This document shows, one piece after another, positions 1 through 14,100 of a stretch of DNA of 64,000 bases (position 1 is its first letter; every line of letters starts with the position of its first letter). A program made the translations under genes and the position numbers. This stretch comes from Paraspadella gotoi (lineage: Eukaryota; Animalia; Chaetognatha): contig CM119267.1 of NCBI GenBank assembly GCA_051294375.1, positions 1,809,547 through 1,873,546 of the forward strand, read 5' to 3'. A model generated the notes under the pieces. The model searched no databases, had not been told where the DNA came from, and saw nothing but the letters and a program-made list of their open reading frames with translations.

Positions 1-1752
1 CGTGGCTACCCGAAAGGAAAACGTTTCCCGCTTTTGGAAATATAGTGTTTTGTTAATTTGTCCTCCTTACCCTCTACTACTCACCATATGTTAAAAACAA
101 TAAGGACAATAGTTACAATAGACCCCCTGTGTGTTGTTTTCACTACGACACCAAACAATTTCCCGTCAAGAAACTATCGTCCGTCTAAAGCTAGGAAGGT
201 TATAAAGTGGACAATTTTTTTTTTCTTTTTCTCACTCCCTTATTATTTTATTTTTTAAAAATTCTTTCTTACTTGTTGTGTTTCTTTTTAAAATCTTTTT
301 TTTCTCCTCTTATTTCTTCTTCTTTTTTTTTTCTAACTTCCCGAGTGTCCGGGGTCCCCCCCCTGTCCCCTTTCCATTAAGCCTGTTTGCTACTCTCCTT
401 TCTTTTTAAATCCGTTATCCTTTCCTTTTTTTTGTTTGTAAACAACATGCCTGTTCTCTTTTTCTCATTTTTGTTTTTTTTTAAACTTAACTTTTTTTAC
501 GGTTTTATTTTTAAACTTCTTCTTTCCTACAAAGGAATTTGTACCTTTTATCTTTTCCTCAACAATGTAATCCTCATTTATACACCCTCTTTACTTTCTA
601 ATAGAAAATTTTTGTTTCTCTCTGCCTTTTGCACCCACCTAGATTTCTTCATTTAACAAAACTTTTTTCCAAAACAATAAGTAAGCTCAAAGTTTTTTTG
701 CCCTTATTTGTTAGCTCTCTTACAATTAACAGAAGGCCCTCCCAGACACCATCACAAGAAACATTTTTTTAAAAAAAAAACATAGCAAAATTCCAATCCT
801 TTTTAAAAGTTTTTAAGGTACAAAATTCTAAACCAGAACAGGTTCCTCCCTTTTTTTTCCTGAAAAACAAAAGAACAGTCCCATAATTTATCTTTGTGTT
901 TTTCTCCACCCATTCCTATTTAAATTGTCTTATTACCTTAGATTTCTTTTTTAAAATGTTTTTTTTCCCCTTTTCCCTATTTAATTATCTTATTCTATCT
1001 TTTATTCCTTATTCTTGATCAAAGAGCCTTTTTTTCGACCAACTATCAATATATAGAAAGCAAAAATAATCATTTTTCTGGATTTAAACTAAAAAAAAAT
1101 TTTTAAAGTAACCAAAATGTATGAAAAACAAGTTTAGTTTCTAAGCCCTTGCAAAAAGCCCGAAGTTAACATTGCTAATTTGGCGAACCGCCATCTTGGT
1201 TCTTCTTCCTTGTTCTTCTTAATCTATTCTTCCTCTTTATATCCCCTATTTATTTCTTTCTTCAGACTCTTCTTTCTTTCCCCTCTTTCTTTTCTTTCCC
1301 CTCTTTTTTTCGCCTCTTTTTTCTTCCTTCCATTCTTTTCTTTCCCTCTTTCTCCTTCTTCTATTTTTTCTTTTCCCCCCCTCTTTATGTTCTTTTTTCA
1401 TTTCTTTCCCGTCTTTCTTTTTTCCCTCCACTTACTTCGTTCCCTCTTTCTTTTCCCTCCTTCATTCTTTTCTTACTCCCCTTCCTCTTTCCCATCTTTT
1501 CTCTTTCCTCCCCTTTTCTCCTCTTCTCCCGCGTCTTTTCCTCCCTTTCCTTTCCTTTCCCCTCGTTTCTTCCCCTCTTTTCTTTTTCCTTTTTCCTTCT
1601 TTTTAAATTCATAGTCCCTCCCACCCATCTTCCTCATCTTTTAATTTTTGTTTCTCCCCCCCTGATCCTTCCCTTGGTTTGGTCTTGTTCTTGCTCCTCC
1701 TCCTTCTCTCTTTGTTTGTACTCATCGCCCTTCTTCTCTCCGTTCTCTTCTC

Positions 1753-1808
<56 letters not shown>

Positions 1809-4800
1809 TCTCTTTCTTCTTTCTTTTCTTTCTACTTTTCACATTTTTCCACATTCGATCTTCCAAATCCTTCCCGAATTTATGGAATTTCCGGGTGAGA
1901 GACGGACCTTTCACCATCCGGGGGGCGAAGGACGGGAACATACGGAGAGTTCGGAAATTCCGATGAGAGAATGTCCCACGTCAAATCGTGAGGACTTTCT
2001 GAATCGACACTTTTGTATTCTTTGTGGTTGGGGAATCGGAAAGAGAAATGAAAAGAGAATAAGTTAAGAATGAAATAAGGGTTTTTTTTCGGCTTCGACG
2101 GACGCGGCCAGTTTATTTCTTTGTAAGAATATTATATACCTTTTTTTTACAAAACAAAATCGGACAAAAGTTTTCATTTACTGGATATTAGGGCTTATTG
2201 GAAAGGTTGCTAGCAAATTCCGAAATTTACAAATATTTTATCCCATTTCATTTAATAAATAAGCATAAAATGCTTTGCCCCTGCGTACCTTTGTGTACGA
2301 GCTATCGGGTTTAGTACATCCGTCCTTTCATAATAACGAGTATGTGACATTGCTTTCAGATGCCCAGGTGCAACGTCCCTGCAAAGCTTTTCTAAATTCC
2401 CTATAACGAGAAAACCAAAATTTCCCATCAATAAAGTGGAAATAATACTTGTCTAACAATATAATGTTTTTTTTGAATTTGAATGAATAAAGATCAAAAC
2501 TTTCTTTTTTGAGAACAAAAAAAAAAACTTGATTACTTTTTGTTTTTCTTGGATCAACACCGAAAAACATAAACAAAAACAAAACATACAAACAAACCAA
2601 CATAAAACCAAATAAACAAAACAAACTAAAACAAAACCAAAGCGTGGAAATCCGAAGTCTTTTCAAAATTAAATCGCAAAACGGAAAAAAAAAGTGAAAA
2701 TCGGAGCTTCACCAAACGGAACAACTTCTAGAATCGTCAGGCGGATTGGACCGACACGTGAAAAGTTCACTAACGAATCCTTCACGAGTCCCATTTTCTT
2801 TTTTTCCCCCCGCGTTCCCACCGCCGAACCCAAAATCACATAATAAAAACACGAAAACGTCCGTTGGCCCGGGGGGCGGAAACAATTCGGCCCCGAAGTT
2901 AACTGGGCGGCGGCTGTACCGGACCGAACGACGGAACACCGACGAACACGACGACGAACGACCGAAACTTAAAATTGTCCCCCCCCGCCGAAAATAGTTC
3001 CGGAAATCAACCATCATTATTTGAAACCTAACACGAACCTACAAAAAGAAATAAGGGACCCTTTTGTCCTTCAACTGACCACCTTAAGAACTGTTCTGCG
3101 TCGATTTTGTTTTTTAAAATTGCTAATATACATTTCCTCCTGTTCGTTTCCCCTTCTTTTTTTTTTTTTTCTTTGGCTAATCAAATTCCACAATTAAAAA
3201 AAAAAATTTTTTTTTGCCCAACATCTTTGAAATTTAATTTTTTCCCTTTTTCATTGAAAGAAATTGCTCCCCGATGCGGTCCCCCCCACAATTAGACTGT
3301 CCTAACATTTCCTTGGTCCCCTCCTCTTCTTAAGAATATTTTTCCGCCTTTCCCCCTCCCTTCTTCATCCCTCTCCCCCCCCTTCTCCTTTTCTTCTCAC
3401 TGAAGCGCTTTTTCTCTAAACGGCCGCGACCCTAGATTATCCGAGAATTATCCGCAAATAAAACCAAAATCTACAGTTTCATCTCTATTTCCTTCTAAGA
3501 TGTGGCCCTAGATTTGTGCCCTAACTAATTTAAATTTGAAAATCCCAAATCCGTGTTCAACCCCGCTCTCAACATAAAGTATAATCCCTTTTCGGAACCC
3601 AAACGAGTTCTTAAACATGTTAAAACACCTTAACTTTAAAACCTTGTCTTTTAATTTCTTTAGAAACCCAATGTAACTAAAGCCCAGAAAATAGTAACCA
3701 CATTTGGAGATAATACACAATTCCCCAATTCTTCAGGTGAAACCAAAAATACATTCCAATCGTAGAAGCCCCAATGTAGAAAACGGACCAGGTAAGGCAA
3801 AGATAGCGACAGGTTCACAGGACAAAGTAATGAAAGTGGTGCACAAGGGTTTACAAAACTACAACAAAAATGAACCCACTGCCCTAAATTAAAAAAAGTA
3901 AAAATCTAACATAAATCTTTAACAGCTTAAACTTCACCAAAGTAACTAATAACTAACAAACCTAAGTTAAAACAATTCCAAACTAATAAATTCCAAACTG
4001 TGAACAACTTCTAACCTTCCAATTTTGGGTCCAAAAAACCCGAAGAAAACATAAAACATTGGCCAAGTAAAGTAAGTACCAAAACAATTATTTAACAAGT
4101 ATCTGTCCCCTTTTTTCAATTTTTTTTAACACACGAGGGTTTTCTTTTGTGACATCCGAAGAAGTAAAAAGGCGGTTGAACAGGAAATAAACTTGGAAAC
4201 ACGCCCCTTTCGATCGTTTAGCCCCTTACACTCACACACACGGCGGAACAGAAAAGTAAAAAATTTCAGCTATTCAAGCGGAAAAACAGAAATGATCTAT
4301 TCGATCTAAACGAAAAACTAAACATTATACGCCGAATAAAAAAAAGGCATCGCCTTTCCCCCCTCCACTCACTCCTTTTCCCCCTCTCCTCCTTCCTCCC
4401 TCCTTCGTCCTCTTTCCCCCCTCCCCTTCTCTTCCCTCCCCCTTTTCTCTCTCTCTCCCCCTCTTCCATCTCATTTCCTCCCCCCCCCCTCTCCATCTCA
4501 CTTGCCCCTCCTCCTCCCCTCCCTTCCCCCCATCCCCTCTCCCCTCTCCTGCTCTCCCCCCTCCCTTTCCCTCTCCCCCCTTTTCCCTCCTCTCCCTGCT
4601 TTCCTCTTTTCCTCCTCTCTCCCCTGCTCCCCATCCCAAAACCCTTGTTGAACCANNNNNNNNNNNNNNNNNNNNNNNNNCCCATCCCACACTCTTTGAA
4701 GCCAAAAAAAATTGGAGACGAAGACAAAGAAATTCGCGGATTCTTTCCGTTTTCTTTCAAATTTTCTTTCACATTTTCTTTCACATTTTCTTTCCATTTT

Positions 4801-4958
4801 CGTGCCAAAAGGAAGAGGAAAAAATTCCAGCTGCGAATTTTGACCTCAACAAAAAATTTTGGGTCTAAAACCGAAAAGGAAAAAAAATCCGGAAAAAGGA
4901 TTTGGCTAAAAAAAAATCATTGTAAAAAAAAGTTAATGACTCACATTAACTCACTTCG

Positions 4959-5165
4959 TTGATAGGGAAGCCAGGTACTCTGGGAGTGAACAAACGAGAC
5001 TGTGAAAGAGTCGTGATTAAAAGCTTTCAGGGACCTGCTATGTCATTATCTTGTAAGAGTGATGGAGGCCTTAAACCACCAAAGCCTGTCCAAAGTCAGG
5101 GGCAAGATAGCTTATTTATTAAATGAATAGATAATTTTTATATTGGTTGTACTAATTTCATTATA
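4959..5165 (+). repeat. Interspersed repeat family A (~210 bp), copy 1
   Basis: ttgatagggaagccagg...ccaaagtcaggggcaagatagc...ttggttgtac recurs in reverse at ~33025-33233 and ~42611-42813, with partial copies at ~26911 and ~30591. Confidence 0.85.
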
Positions 5166-5229
5166 TTATTTAATTGATAGGAAAGTCGTTCTATCCAACC
5201 ATAGTCACCCACTACAATCTGCATAGAAC

Positions 5230-5530
5230 ACTCCACACTCCACAGTCAACCAGCACAGCCACAACACTCAATCATCACACGCGGACCACAGTTAAACACC
5301 ACCAGCGACCACACTCAATCACCACAGCCACCACAACTCAATCACACAGCGACCACAGGTCAAAACAACCCCAAGCGACCAAATCAATCACCACAGGCAC
5401 CACACTCAATCACCACAGCGACCACGAGTCAAAACACCACAGCGTACCACACTCAATCACACAGCCACCACACTCCATCATCACAGCGACCACAGTCAAA
5501 CACCGCAGAGACCCTCTTAACCACACTCAT
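5230..5530 (+). repeat. Degenerate minisatellite (cacagcgaccacactcaatcac-like)
   Basis: Repeated acactcaatca / cacagcgacc motifs; explains the Thr/His-rich ORF 5174-5740. Confidence 0.8.
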
Positions 5531-5772
5531 CGCCCACAAAATCATTTTTCCTTCTTTTCATCTTTGAGTCGCAAAAAAAAAACAAATTCGGGACGAAGAA
5601 AAAATTTGACGAATTTTTTCGCGAACGGAAAAGTTTTTGGAGAATTAGAGGAATTTATCTCCTTGACTCTCTCTCTCTCTCTGTCTCTCTGTCTTTCTCT
5701 CTCTCTCCCTCTCTCTCTACTCTCTCTACTACGGACTTAAAAGAGGACAACAAGAAAGCGACGAATTAAAAA

Positions 5773-5806
<34 letters not shown>

Positions 5807-6019
5807 TNNNNNNNNNNNNNNNNNNNNNNNNNNNNNNNNNNNNNNNNNNNNNNNNNNNNNNNNNNNNNNNNNNNNNNNNNNNNNNNNNNNNNNNNNNNNN
5901 NNNNNNNNNNNNNNNNNNNNNNTTTTTTTTCCTTCTCTCTGATTTTCTCCGATTAGCGTTGATTAACTAATGTGCATTATCAATATCTTCCAATTTCATC
6001 TTTGCTCTCGAAATAAAAC

Positions 6020-6074
<55 letters not shown>

Positions 6075-7355
6075 GATGTAATGATATCGATTCGCGTGGG
6101 AAAATCCTTGTTTAATTCGTAAAAAAATTGTGGCGACTGCGCGTTATCGCTGCCCGTATGTAATTGAAAAATACCGCACCTTCTTTATCCCCGCAGGTAA
6201 CGGCAAAATACAGTGATTTCTTGACATTCAGTATGTGTAACTCGAAAATACGGGGCGTTTTTTTTTCCAAATGATTTCTTCAAACAATGACAAGTACTAT
6301 TTAATTTCAAATTTGAAACATGCAAAAAAAAATGCAGCAAGTAAACTTTTTCGTTTACACAAAGGACACATCAGACGCCAATGACATAAATGAAATTTGA
6401 ACACATTTACATATCACGTGCATACATCTTTACGAATTTAATTCCTTTTTTTCACGAAATCTTGAGATCTTGTGATAACCTAAAAAAAAATATCATAAAA
6501 AAATTAAAAACCGGAAAAAAAAGATAAATAAACTCATAAACTAAAAAAAAAAAACTCCGATAGATGTTTTTTTTAAAGGTAACGTCCGTTTATTGTTTCC
6601 GCCGTCGTCATGGTTACGCTTATTTACGTCAATCAAATTTTTCTCTTAAATTTCTTTTTCCCTTTTTTTTGTCTTTTGTTTTCCGTCTTTCAACTGAGTT
6701 TCTAAACCTTCGACTGTAGACGTCACTCAAATTTTCGCTTTCAGACTCGATTCGACTTTTAANNNNNNNNNNNNNNNNNNNNNNNNNNNNNNNNNNNNNN
6801 NNNNNNNNNNNNNNNNNNNNNNNNNNNNNNNNNNNNNNNNNNNNNNNNNNNNNNNNNNNNNNNNNNNNNNNNNNNNNNNNNNNNNNNNNNNNNNNNNNNN
6901 NNNNNNNNNNNNNNNNNNNNNNNNNNNNNNNNNNNNNNNNNNNNNNNNNNNNNNNNNNNNNNNNNNNNNNNNNNNNNNNNNNNNNNNNNNNNNNNNNNNN
7001 NNNNNNNNNNNNNNNNNNNNNNNNTTTTTTTAAAACTCATGTCAACTCATGTCAACTCATGTCATCGGTCACCGTTTTTGGCAACTTGATTGACGGAATT
7101 TGTCATTTTTCTTCTCTTGACANNNNNNNNNNNNNNNNNNNNNNNNNNNNNNNNNNNNNNNNNNNNNNNNNNNNNNNNNNNNNNNNNNNNNNNNNNNNNN
7201 NNNNNNNNNNNNNNNNNNNNNNNNNNNNNNNNNNNNNNNNNNNNNNNNNNNNNNNNNNNNNNNNNNNNNNNNNNNNNNNNNNNNNNNNNNNNCCATTTGA
7301 AAACTTTTCCACAAATTTGAATCTTTTATTTTCCATACATTTTTGCTTTATATCT

Positions 7356-7645
7356 ACCCAATCACCAAGCTCAATCCCCTTACCCAATTACCTTAAGCCC
7401 AATCTCCTTACCCATACCCTTTAAGCCCTATCCCCTTATCCGATCACCTTCAGCCCAATCTCCTTACCATATACCTTAAGCCCAATCTCCTCACCCAATC
7501 ACCAAGCCCAAACCCCTTACCCAATCATCTTAAGCCCAATCTTTTTACCCATACACCTTAAGCCCAATTTCTTCACCCAATCACTTTAAGCCCAAACTTC
7601 TTACCCATACACCTTAAGCCCAATCCCCTCACCCAATCACCCATC
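7356..7645 (+). repeat. ~27-bp minisatellite (aagcccaatctccttacccatacacctt)
   Basis: About ten aagccc(a)a units in tandem. Confidence 0.9.
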
Positions 7646-8479
7646 GCCCATTCATTCTCACTTCCTTTCACCGTCCCTCTCTGCCCCCCACAAACCTCTC
7701 ACGACTCACGCGCGAAGCTTCGTGACTTTTTTCCTCCTCTGATTTCGACTCGGGGTTTTGTTTGCACGCAACTGCATGCGAATGCACGTCACTTTATGGG
7801 CACATGCATTGTTTTTTTGGTTTTTTGTTGTTTTTTTTTGTTTTTTTTTTGGACAAAAAGGGAAAAAAATTCAAACCTAAGGAATTAGGGGACGCATGGT
7901 ATGAAAGTTCTTACTTTCATGCCATGTTTCTTTTTTTCAGTAGAGAATCTCCGCCCCATGCCTCTCGGATTCTCAGAATCGCGAAACCTTCTCTTCGTCA
8001 CGGCACGCCACGTCTCGCCACGCCACGCTACGCCACGCCACACCACCCCGTACAAAACCACGCCACGCCACGCCATCCCTCGCCACACTGTNNNNNNNNN
8101 NCGACGCGAGAAAAGCCTCTTTTCTCTTTGGAACGTGAGACTCTGTGGAGGAAGGGGATTGAAACATGACGGAGGATGACAACAACGACAACAACAACAA
8201 CGANNNNNNNNNNNNNNNNNNNNNNNNNNNNNNNNNNNNNNNNNNNNNNNNNNNNNNNNNNNNNNNNNNNNNNNNNNNNNNNNNNNNNNNNNNNNNNNNN
8301 NNNNNNNNNNNNNNNNNNNNNNNNNNNNNNNNNNNNNNNNNNNNNNNNNNNNNNNNNNNNNNNNNNNNNNNNNNNNNNNNNNNNNNNNNNNNNNNNTATG
8401 AGTAAATATAAGTAAAAATGCTTTAAGTGAATATGACGTTTTTTCCATATAAACTAATTTCCACTCACACGATTCCATC

Positions 8480-8734
8480 TAAACTTTATATCCAGCTTCA
8501 TCACACACTTTCCTACCCACACACAAAATTTCATTCCAATCCATCCATCCAATTACGTCTGACTGACGGAGGGACGAACGGACGGACGGACATCATTTTT
8601 TTGGCATAATTTATCATAATTCGATGTTCTGATATGATAAAAATGATTTACCGACAAGATTTAGGGGTGGGACTGACGGACCGACACAGTGAATTATAGA
8701 GTCGGAATCTGCGATGAGCAGATCCGACTAAAAA
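8480..8734 (+). mobile_element. Helentron-associated (HINE/DINE-1-like) non-autonomous element fragment
   Basis: caaaatttcattccaatcc core and a GACG/GGAC microsatellite, then gtgaattatag-AGTCGGAATCTGC-gatga-GCAGATCCGACT-AAAAA (subterminal hairpin followed by an A run), the layout typical of HINEs. Confidence 0.55.
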
Positions 8735-9062
8735 TTTGAAGAGAATCGACGTTATAATCAAAATCCCAGGATTAGTAACTACATATATACGTCAACAAAT
8801 TATGATTCCTTTTATCTAAATTAAATGAAAATGTCTAAAGGTTTGATTGAGATTTTCTCTCTTTCGCCCAAAATAGAGAAAAAATAGGAAGCAAATGAGA
8901 CAGATGGTTTGAGCTGCTATCAGTCACCAACAGATCCTTTGGCGGTCTTGCTCTCTGTCTCCTCCTCCTCCTCCTCCTCCTCCTCCTCCTCCACGCTTAT
9001 TTCTGCGGATGACAGTCAAAAATCTCAGGCATCCATTTTCCCTTTGATTCCGCGTCAAAAAT

Positions 9063-9096
<34 letters not shown>

Positions 9097-10594
9097 NNNN
9101 NNNNNNNNNNNNNNNNNNNNNNNNNNNNNNNNNNNNNNNNNNNNNNNNNNNNNNNNNNNNNNNNNNNNNNNNNNNNNNNNNNNNNNNNNNNNNNNNNNNN
9201 NNNNNNNNNNNNNNNNNNNNNNNNNNNNNNNNNNNNNNNNNNNNNNNNNNNNNNNNNNNNNNNNNNNNNNNNNNNNNNNNGGGTCTGAGGTGAAGTTTCG
9301 AGAAAAGGGAGAAGAGAGATATAATTGGAATGAGTTGAGAAAGGATGTGAAAAAAAATGGGAGACAGACAGACAGACAGACAGACNNNNNNNNNNNNNNN
9401 NNNNNNNNNNNNNNNNNNNNNNNNNNNNNNNNNNNNNNNNNNNNNNNNNNNNNNNNNNNNNNNNNNNNNNNNNNNNNNNNNNNNNNNNNNNNNNNNNNNN
9501 NNNNNNNNNNNNNNNNNNNNNNNNNNNNNNNNNNNNNNNNNNNNNNNNNNNNNNNNNNNNNNNNNNNNNNNNNNNNNNNNNNNNNNNNNNNNNNNNNNNN
9601 NNNNNNNNNNNNNNNNNNNNNNNNNNNNNNNNNNNNNNNNNNNNNNNNNNNNNNNNNNNNNNNNNNNNNNNNNNNNNNNNNNNNNNNNNNNNNNNNNNNN
9701 NNNNAAAAAAAAAAGAAATAATTTTTTAATCATTTTTTTCTTTTATATTTTTAGATTATTTTTCTCCGATTTCGACTCAATTTCGCCAACGAAATCTCAT
9801 AGAGTTTTCTTCTCCATTCTCCCCCCCCCCTTTGTCAGCTTCCACCCCTTGTCCGCTTCTCCCCCCTTGTCCGCTTCTCCCGTTGTCCGCTTCCCCCCTC
9901 CCTTCCTCCAAAAAAAGGATTATGAACTTTACTCTTCCTCTTCTTCTTCTTCCTCCTTCTCNNNNNNNNNNNNNNNNNNNNNNNNNGTGTTTTTATTAGA
10001 TCTCTTATTTTGTTCTGATTACCTGTGATGTACCGAATCAAGTGTCGGCCAACGAGAATAGAGTTTATCTCTTTTTTCCGTACCATTCGTCCCGACGACG
10101 ACCCCGGTCGCCTTTGTCAGCTTCCCAACCCGCTTGTTCGCTTTCTCCCCCCCCCCTTGTCCCGCCTTCTCCCGTTGTCCCCCGCTTCCACCCGAATCCT
10201 TTCCCACCTCCAAAAAAAAGGATTTATGGAAACTTTTACTTCCATTCCCTCTTTCCTTTTCCTATTCCCTTTCCCTCCTTCCTTGCCTTCCTTCCTCTCA
10301 CCTTTTGTCTTGAAAATTTTCTCCTCAGATTTTTATTCAAGGATTAAAAAAAATCCTCGATCGATAAAAGATAAAATCGGATGAAGGCGCCTGAAATCCG
10401 GCGGACCCTGATCGGGCGCCAATCGAACGACTCATCGATCGACAATCGCGCGCCGAAGCCGAAGCACCGATTGTAAAGCCAATCAATCATAATTCTAGTC
10501 TATTAAAAGGTTTAGTTAATTTTTAAAATGGTTCAGTCGTAATTTCAGGATTGATTGATTGATTGATTGATGATTTATTGATTGATTGATTGAT

Positions 10595-10702
<108 letters not shown>

Positions 10703-11168
10703 TTATTTATTTCTTGAGAGTCATCGTATATGCGGTATGAGTACATAGTATTATATAATATTATATACATACAAAAACTAAAAGACTATTGAAGATGGGG
10801 GGGGGTTCTTTCTCTTTCTTTCTCTTGAGCTTTTGTCCTTAACTTTGACCTCATATTTCTTTTCACTCTTATTCTCTCTCTCTCTTTTAACCAAAATATT
10901 TTTTACTTTTTTGTGTCTGTTTTTCTTGCATTTACTTCGCAAATGAACTATGGTTAAGCGATGTTAACCGAAATATATTGCTCAAATAAAAATAATATGC
11001 GTTTTCCTCATAAAACGATGTTAATCACCAATACTTATTATTTATTTATTTATTAAAATATTAAAATCGAATTTCAACTAATATATTTTACATTTGAATT
11101 TGAAAGAACTTCAAGTTTAAATTTCTTTTCTTTGGCTTTTGAACGGGCGGGACATCGGAAACCCGATT

Positions 11169-14100
11169 GCTTTGGGTCGCCCTTCTGCAAATGAATTGAC
11201 TTCATTGTGCAGGTTCAATTATGTATTCATGCTTTTTGTCATTGCTGTGTTAAAACTATTTAATTGGTTTCTATGTAATTTTAATTTAAATATTTTAATT
11301 AATTATTGGTTAATAAAACCCCATGTAAAAATTAACCATGCTTTTCATTTCAAAAAAAAGGAGTAACAGATTTTAGGTCCTGCCGATGCTATCAGGTGCG
11401 CTTTTTTCTTAATTACTTTGTTTACTCGTTCATAGTACACGCCATAGTTTTAATATACAAGAACAAATAAAAACATTCAATAACAAAGCTTTAAAAAAAT
11501 AAAGAAAAAACCAAAAAAACGCCAAAAATAAAAGTCAACTTGTGGAAAAACCAGAACAAATAAATCTAAATGTAATGCTGAATTCAAGTATCAAAAAAAG
11601 GAAATATCTGTGGGCAGCCAAAAACACATTAATTTACCGTAAACGCTCTTTCAAAAGATCTAAAAAACGCTAGCGGAACTCTCATGAACATGTGTGTACT
11701 CAAATAGATTAAACTTTAAAAAATATATAGTTCAAGTTAATTTGTTTTAAAAGTTTTCTCTCCAATTTTTCTTCAGCTTAACACCATCAAAAATTCACGA
11801 ATTACGGAAAAACCTTTTCTGCTCGCCAATCGCCCTAATTTCTTTTTTTTCCCATCGAACACTCTCTCTTCTCTCTTCCTTTTCCCTCCCTTTCCGCCCT
11901 CTTTCCCTCCTTCCTCCCTCCCTTCCTCCCTCTTTTCTTCCTTCCCGCTCCACTGTCCTTCCTTCCTTCTCTCCCTCCCTTTCTCCTCTCCCCTTTTTCT
12001 CTCCTCCCTTCCTCCCCTCTTCCCTTCCTCCTTCTTCTCCCCTCCCTCCTCCCTCCCGTCCCTCATCCCCGGCGTGCCGGACCCGTGTCCAAAAGTCCGT
12101 GTCAAACCCGTCGGAGTAAAATCTGGCAAGAACGTAACAACTAGCGTTTCAAGCTTTTATCATGCGGGCCAAGACTCGGCCCACTCAGTATCGGGGATCA
12201 TCTTACCTTCGGTTCACGATTTTGACTTTTTCGGCGCCCTAAAAAAAAAAAAAAAAAAAAGAGGAAAAAGAAGAAAAGTTTTTTTTATTCTCTGTTTTCG
12301 TTTTTCTTTTTCTTTTTCTTTTTTTTGTTCCCCTATTTTCCTCTGGGTCACGTGACATGGGAAGGATGGAAGCAATGGATGAATGGGGGAAGGAGAGAGA
12401 GAGAGGAGCAGAGAGAGAGAACAGAGGAGAGAGACGAGAGAGGAAGATGCGACGACAAAGGATTTAAAAAAGCATCGAACAGATGGAAGAGAAAACAAGT
12501 AACCAAAGGTCTTGGGTCAGTTACAAGTTGGGTCAATGAGGGAGTTTGGGTTTCGTGTATGGTCAAGAAATTTGCTGAGTTAATTTGCGCTTTGCCGAGG
12601 ACATTCATTGGTCTAAAATCTTGATTTTTTTGATTGATTTAATGGGATGTTGGGGATTACTTATACTATACATTTTATTTAAACTAAGAATTATCTGTTA
12701 AAAAACCAATTGTGATTGAGATTGGGATTGTCGTGGTGATTCGATTGTTCATCAGAAAAGCTGGAAATAACTCTGGTTATCTACAAAAGTCGGTAAGAAA
12801 TTTGGGGTGAGGAGAGACACAAATATGTGGAATCTCCTGTAATGTCGGTATCTCTTCTCTCTTTCTCTTTATTTCTCTCTTTCGTCTCTCTCTCTCTCTC
12901 TCTCTCTCCTCTCTCCTTCCCCCTTTCTTCCCCCCCCTACCCCCCGAAATTGGCCTTCGGGGTCCGGACCGTGAAAAAAAAAGAAAAAACGTTGCCTCCT
13001 CGGGCTGTAGGGGCGGCGAGAAGTTTGGTCGCGAGGGCGCAGGGGCGGCCCCCGACGAAGGGCACGCGCGGGCTGAAGGATGGGCGACCAAGAGAGGTAA
13101 AGAAAGGTTCTATTGAAGCGGAGCGAATGAAAAGGAGGGCGGCCATCTTTAGTTTGGGTTGGAAGTCGTAGGGGCGTGGACGCCGAACGAAGAGGGTGAG
13201 GCAGGAGTGAGGGACCGGAGGAGTGTCGGAAATGAAGGATTGGGCGTTAGAATTTGGTAAGAAACTTACCAAGAGGAGGAGGGAGGCGAGGAGGGAGAAG
13301 GCAGGAGGAATGTATGCGAGCAGGAGGAAGAGGAAGACTGGAATAGTGAAATGTAAGGGAAAAATATAGAGGAGAATAGAAAGAAAGGAAAGAAATGAAA
13401 GACATGAAATAAAAAAAAAAGACAAGGGAAATAAAGAAGCGAATCCAAAATAATGAAATAATAATTCAGGGAATACGATATCAGTTTTAGTATTGAAAAT
13501 CGCGGATGGGATAGGGGGCGGGGCGGACGACGATTTCAAGTGCTGAAACATTTCCCAAGATGACGTGAGAAAGAGATGCGCAAGTCGGGCAAAAAGCCGT
13601 TGAGGCCTCATTTGGGCTGCGAATCAAGACGGCAGTGGAAAAAAAAAAGGAAGTCTTTGGTTTGGTTGTCATTAATCGTCGGTTTCCATGCAAAGAAAAA
13701 GGCCGACATAGATCCATTGATTGCCCAATGTGCCGTTTTGGGGGTGAAGGCAAGGGCTTTTGTGGCCTTGGGCGGGCTTCGGATTCGGGCACGGGGATCG
13801 GATGGAGAGAGAGAGGGGGGAGACGGAGAGAGAGAAGAAGATGATAAGACGAGCAGGAGCATGAGAGAGAGGTCAGTGACGCAAGGAAAGAGCACGAGAG
13901 GACAGGAAAGTTTTTTGGATAGCTCAGAACTATCAAGCCCCGACTAGGTAGGGGATACCAAAATCAGTTGGGAGGGCAGGTAGAGAGAGTAGAGGGGGAG
14001 ATAAGACCTAGGAGAAGCAGGGCAGGTTGTTAAAAGGGCGGAGAGAGACTCGAAAGGACTGATTAGGCTGAACGAGACCACGGGAGGCTTAATTTGCGAC

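Noticed and set aside
1180-4962. Phe/Ser-rich and Arg/Glu/Gly-rich ORFs
   Set aside because: Translations of polypyrimidine/polypurine tracts in noisy sequence; no recognisable domain.
6762-9704. ORFs spanning N runs (also throughout 47-60 kb)
   Set aside because: Artefacts of translating assembly gaps.
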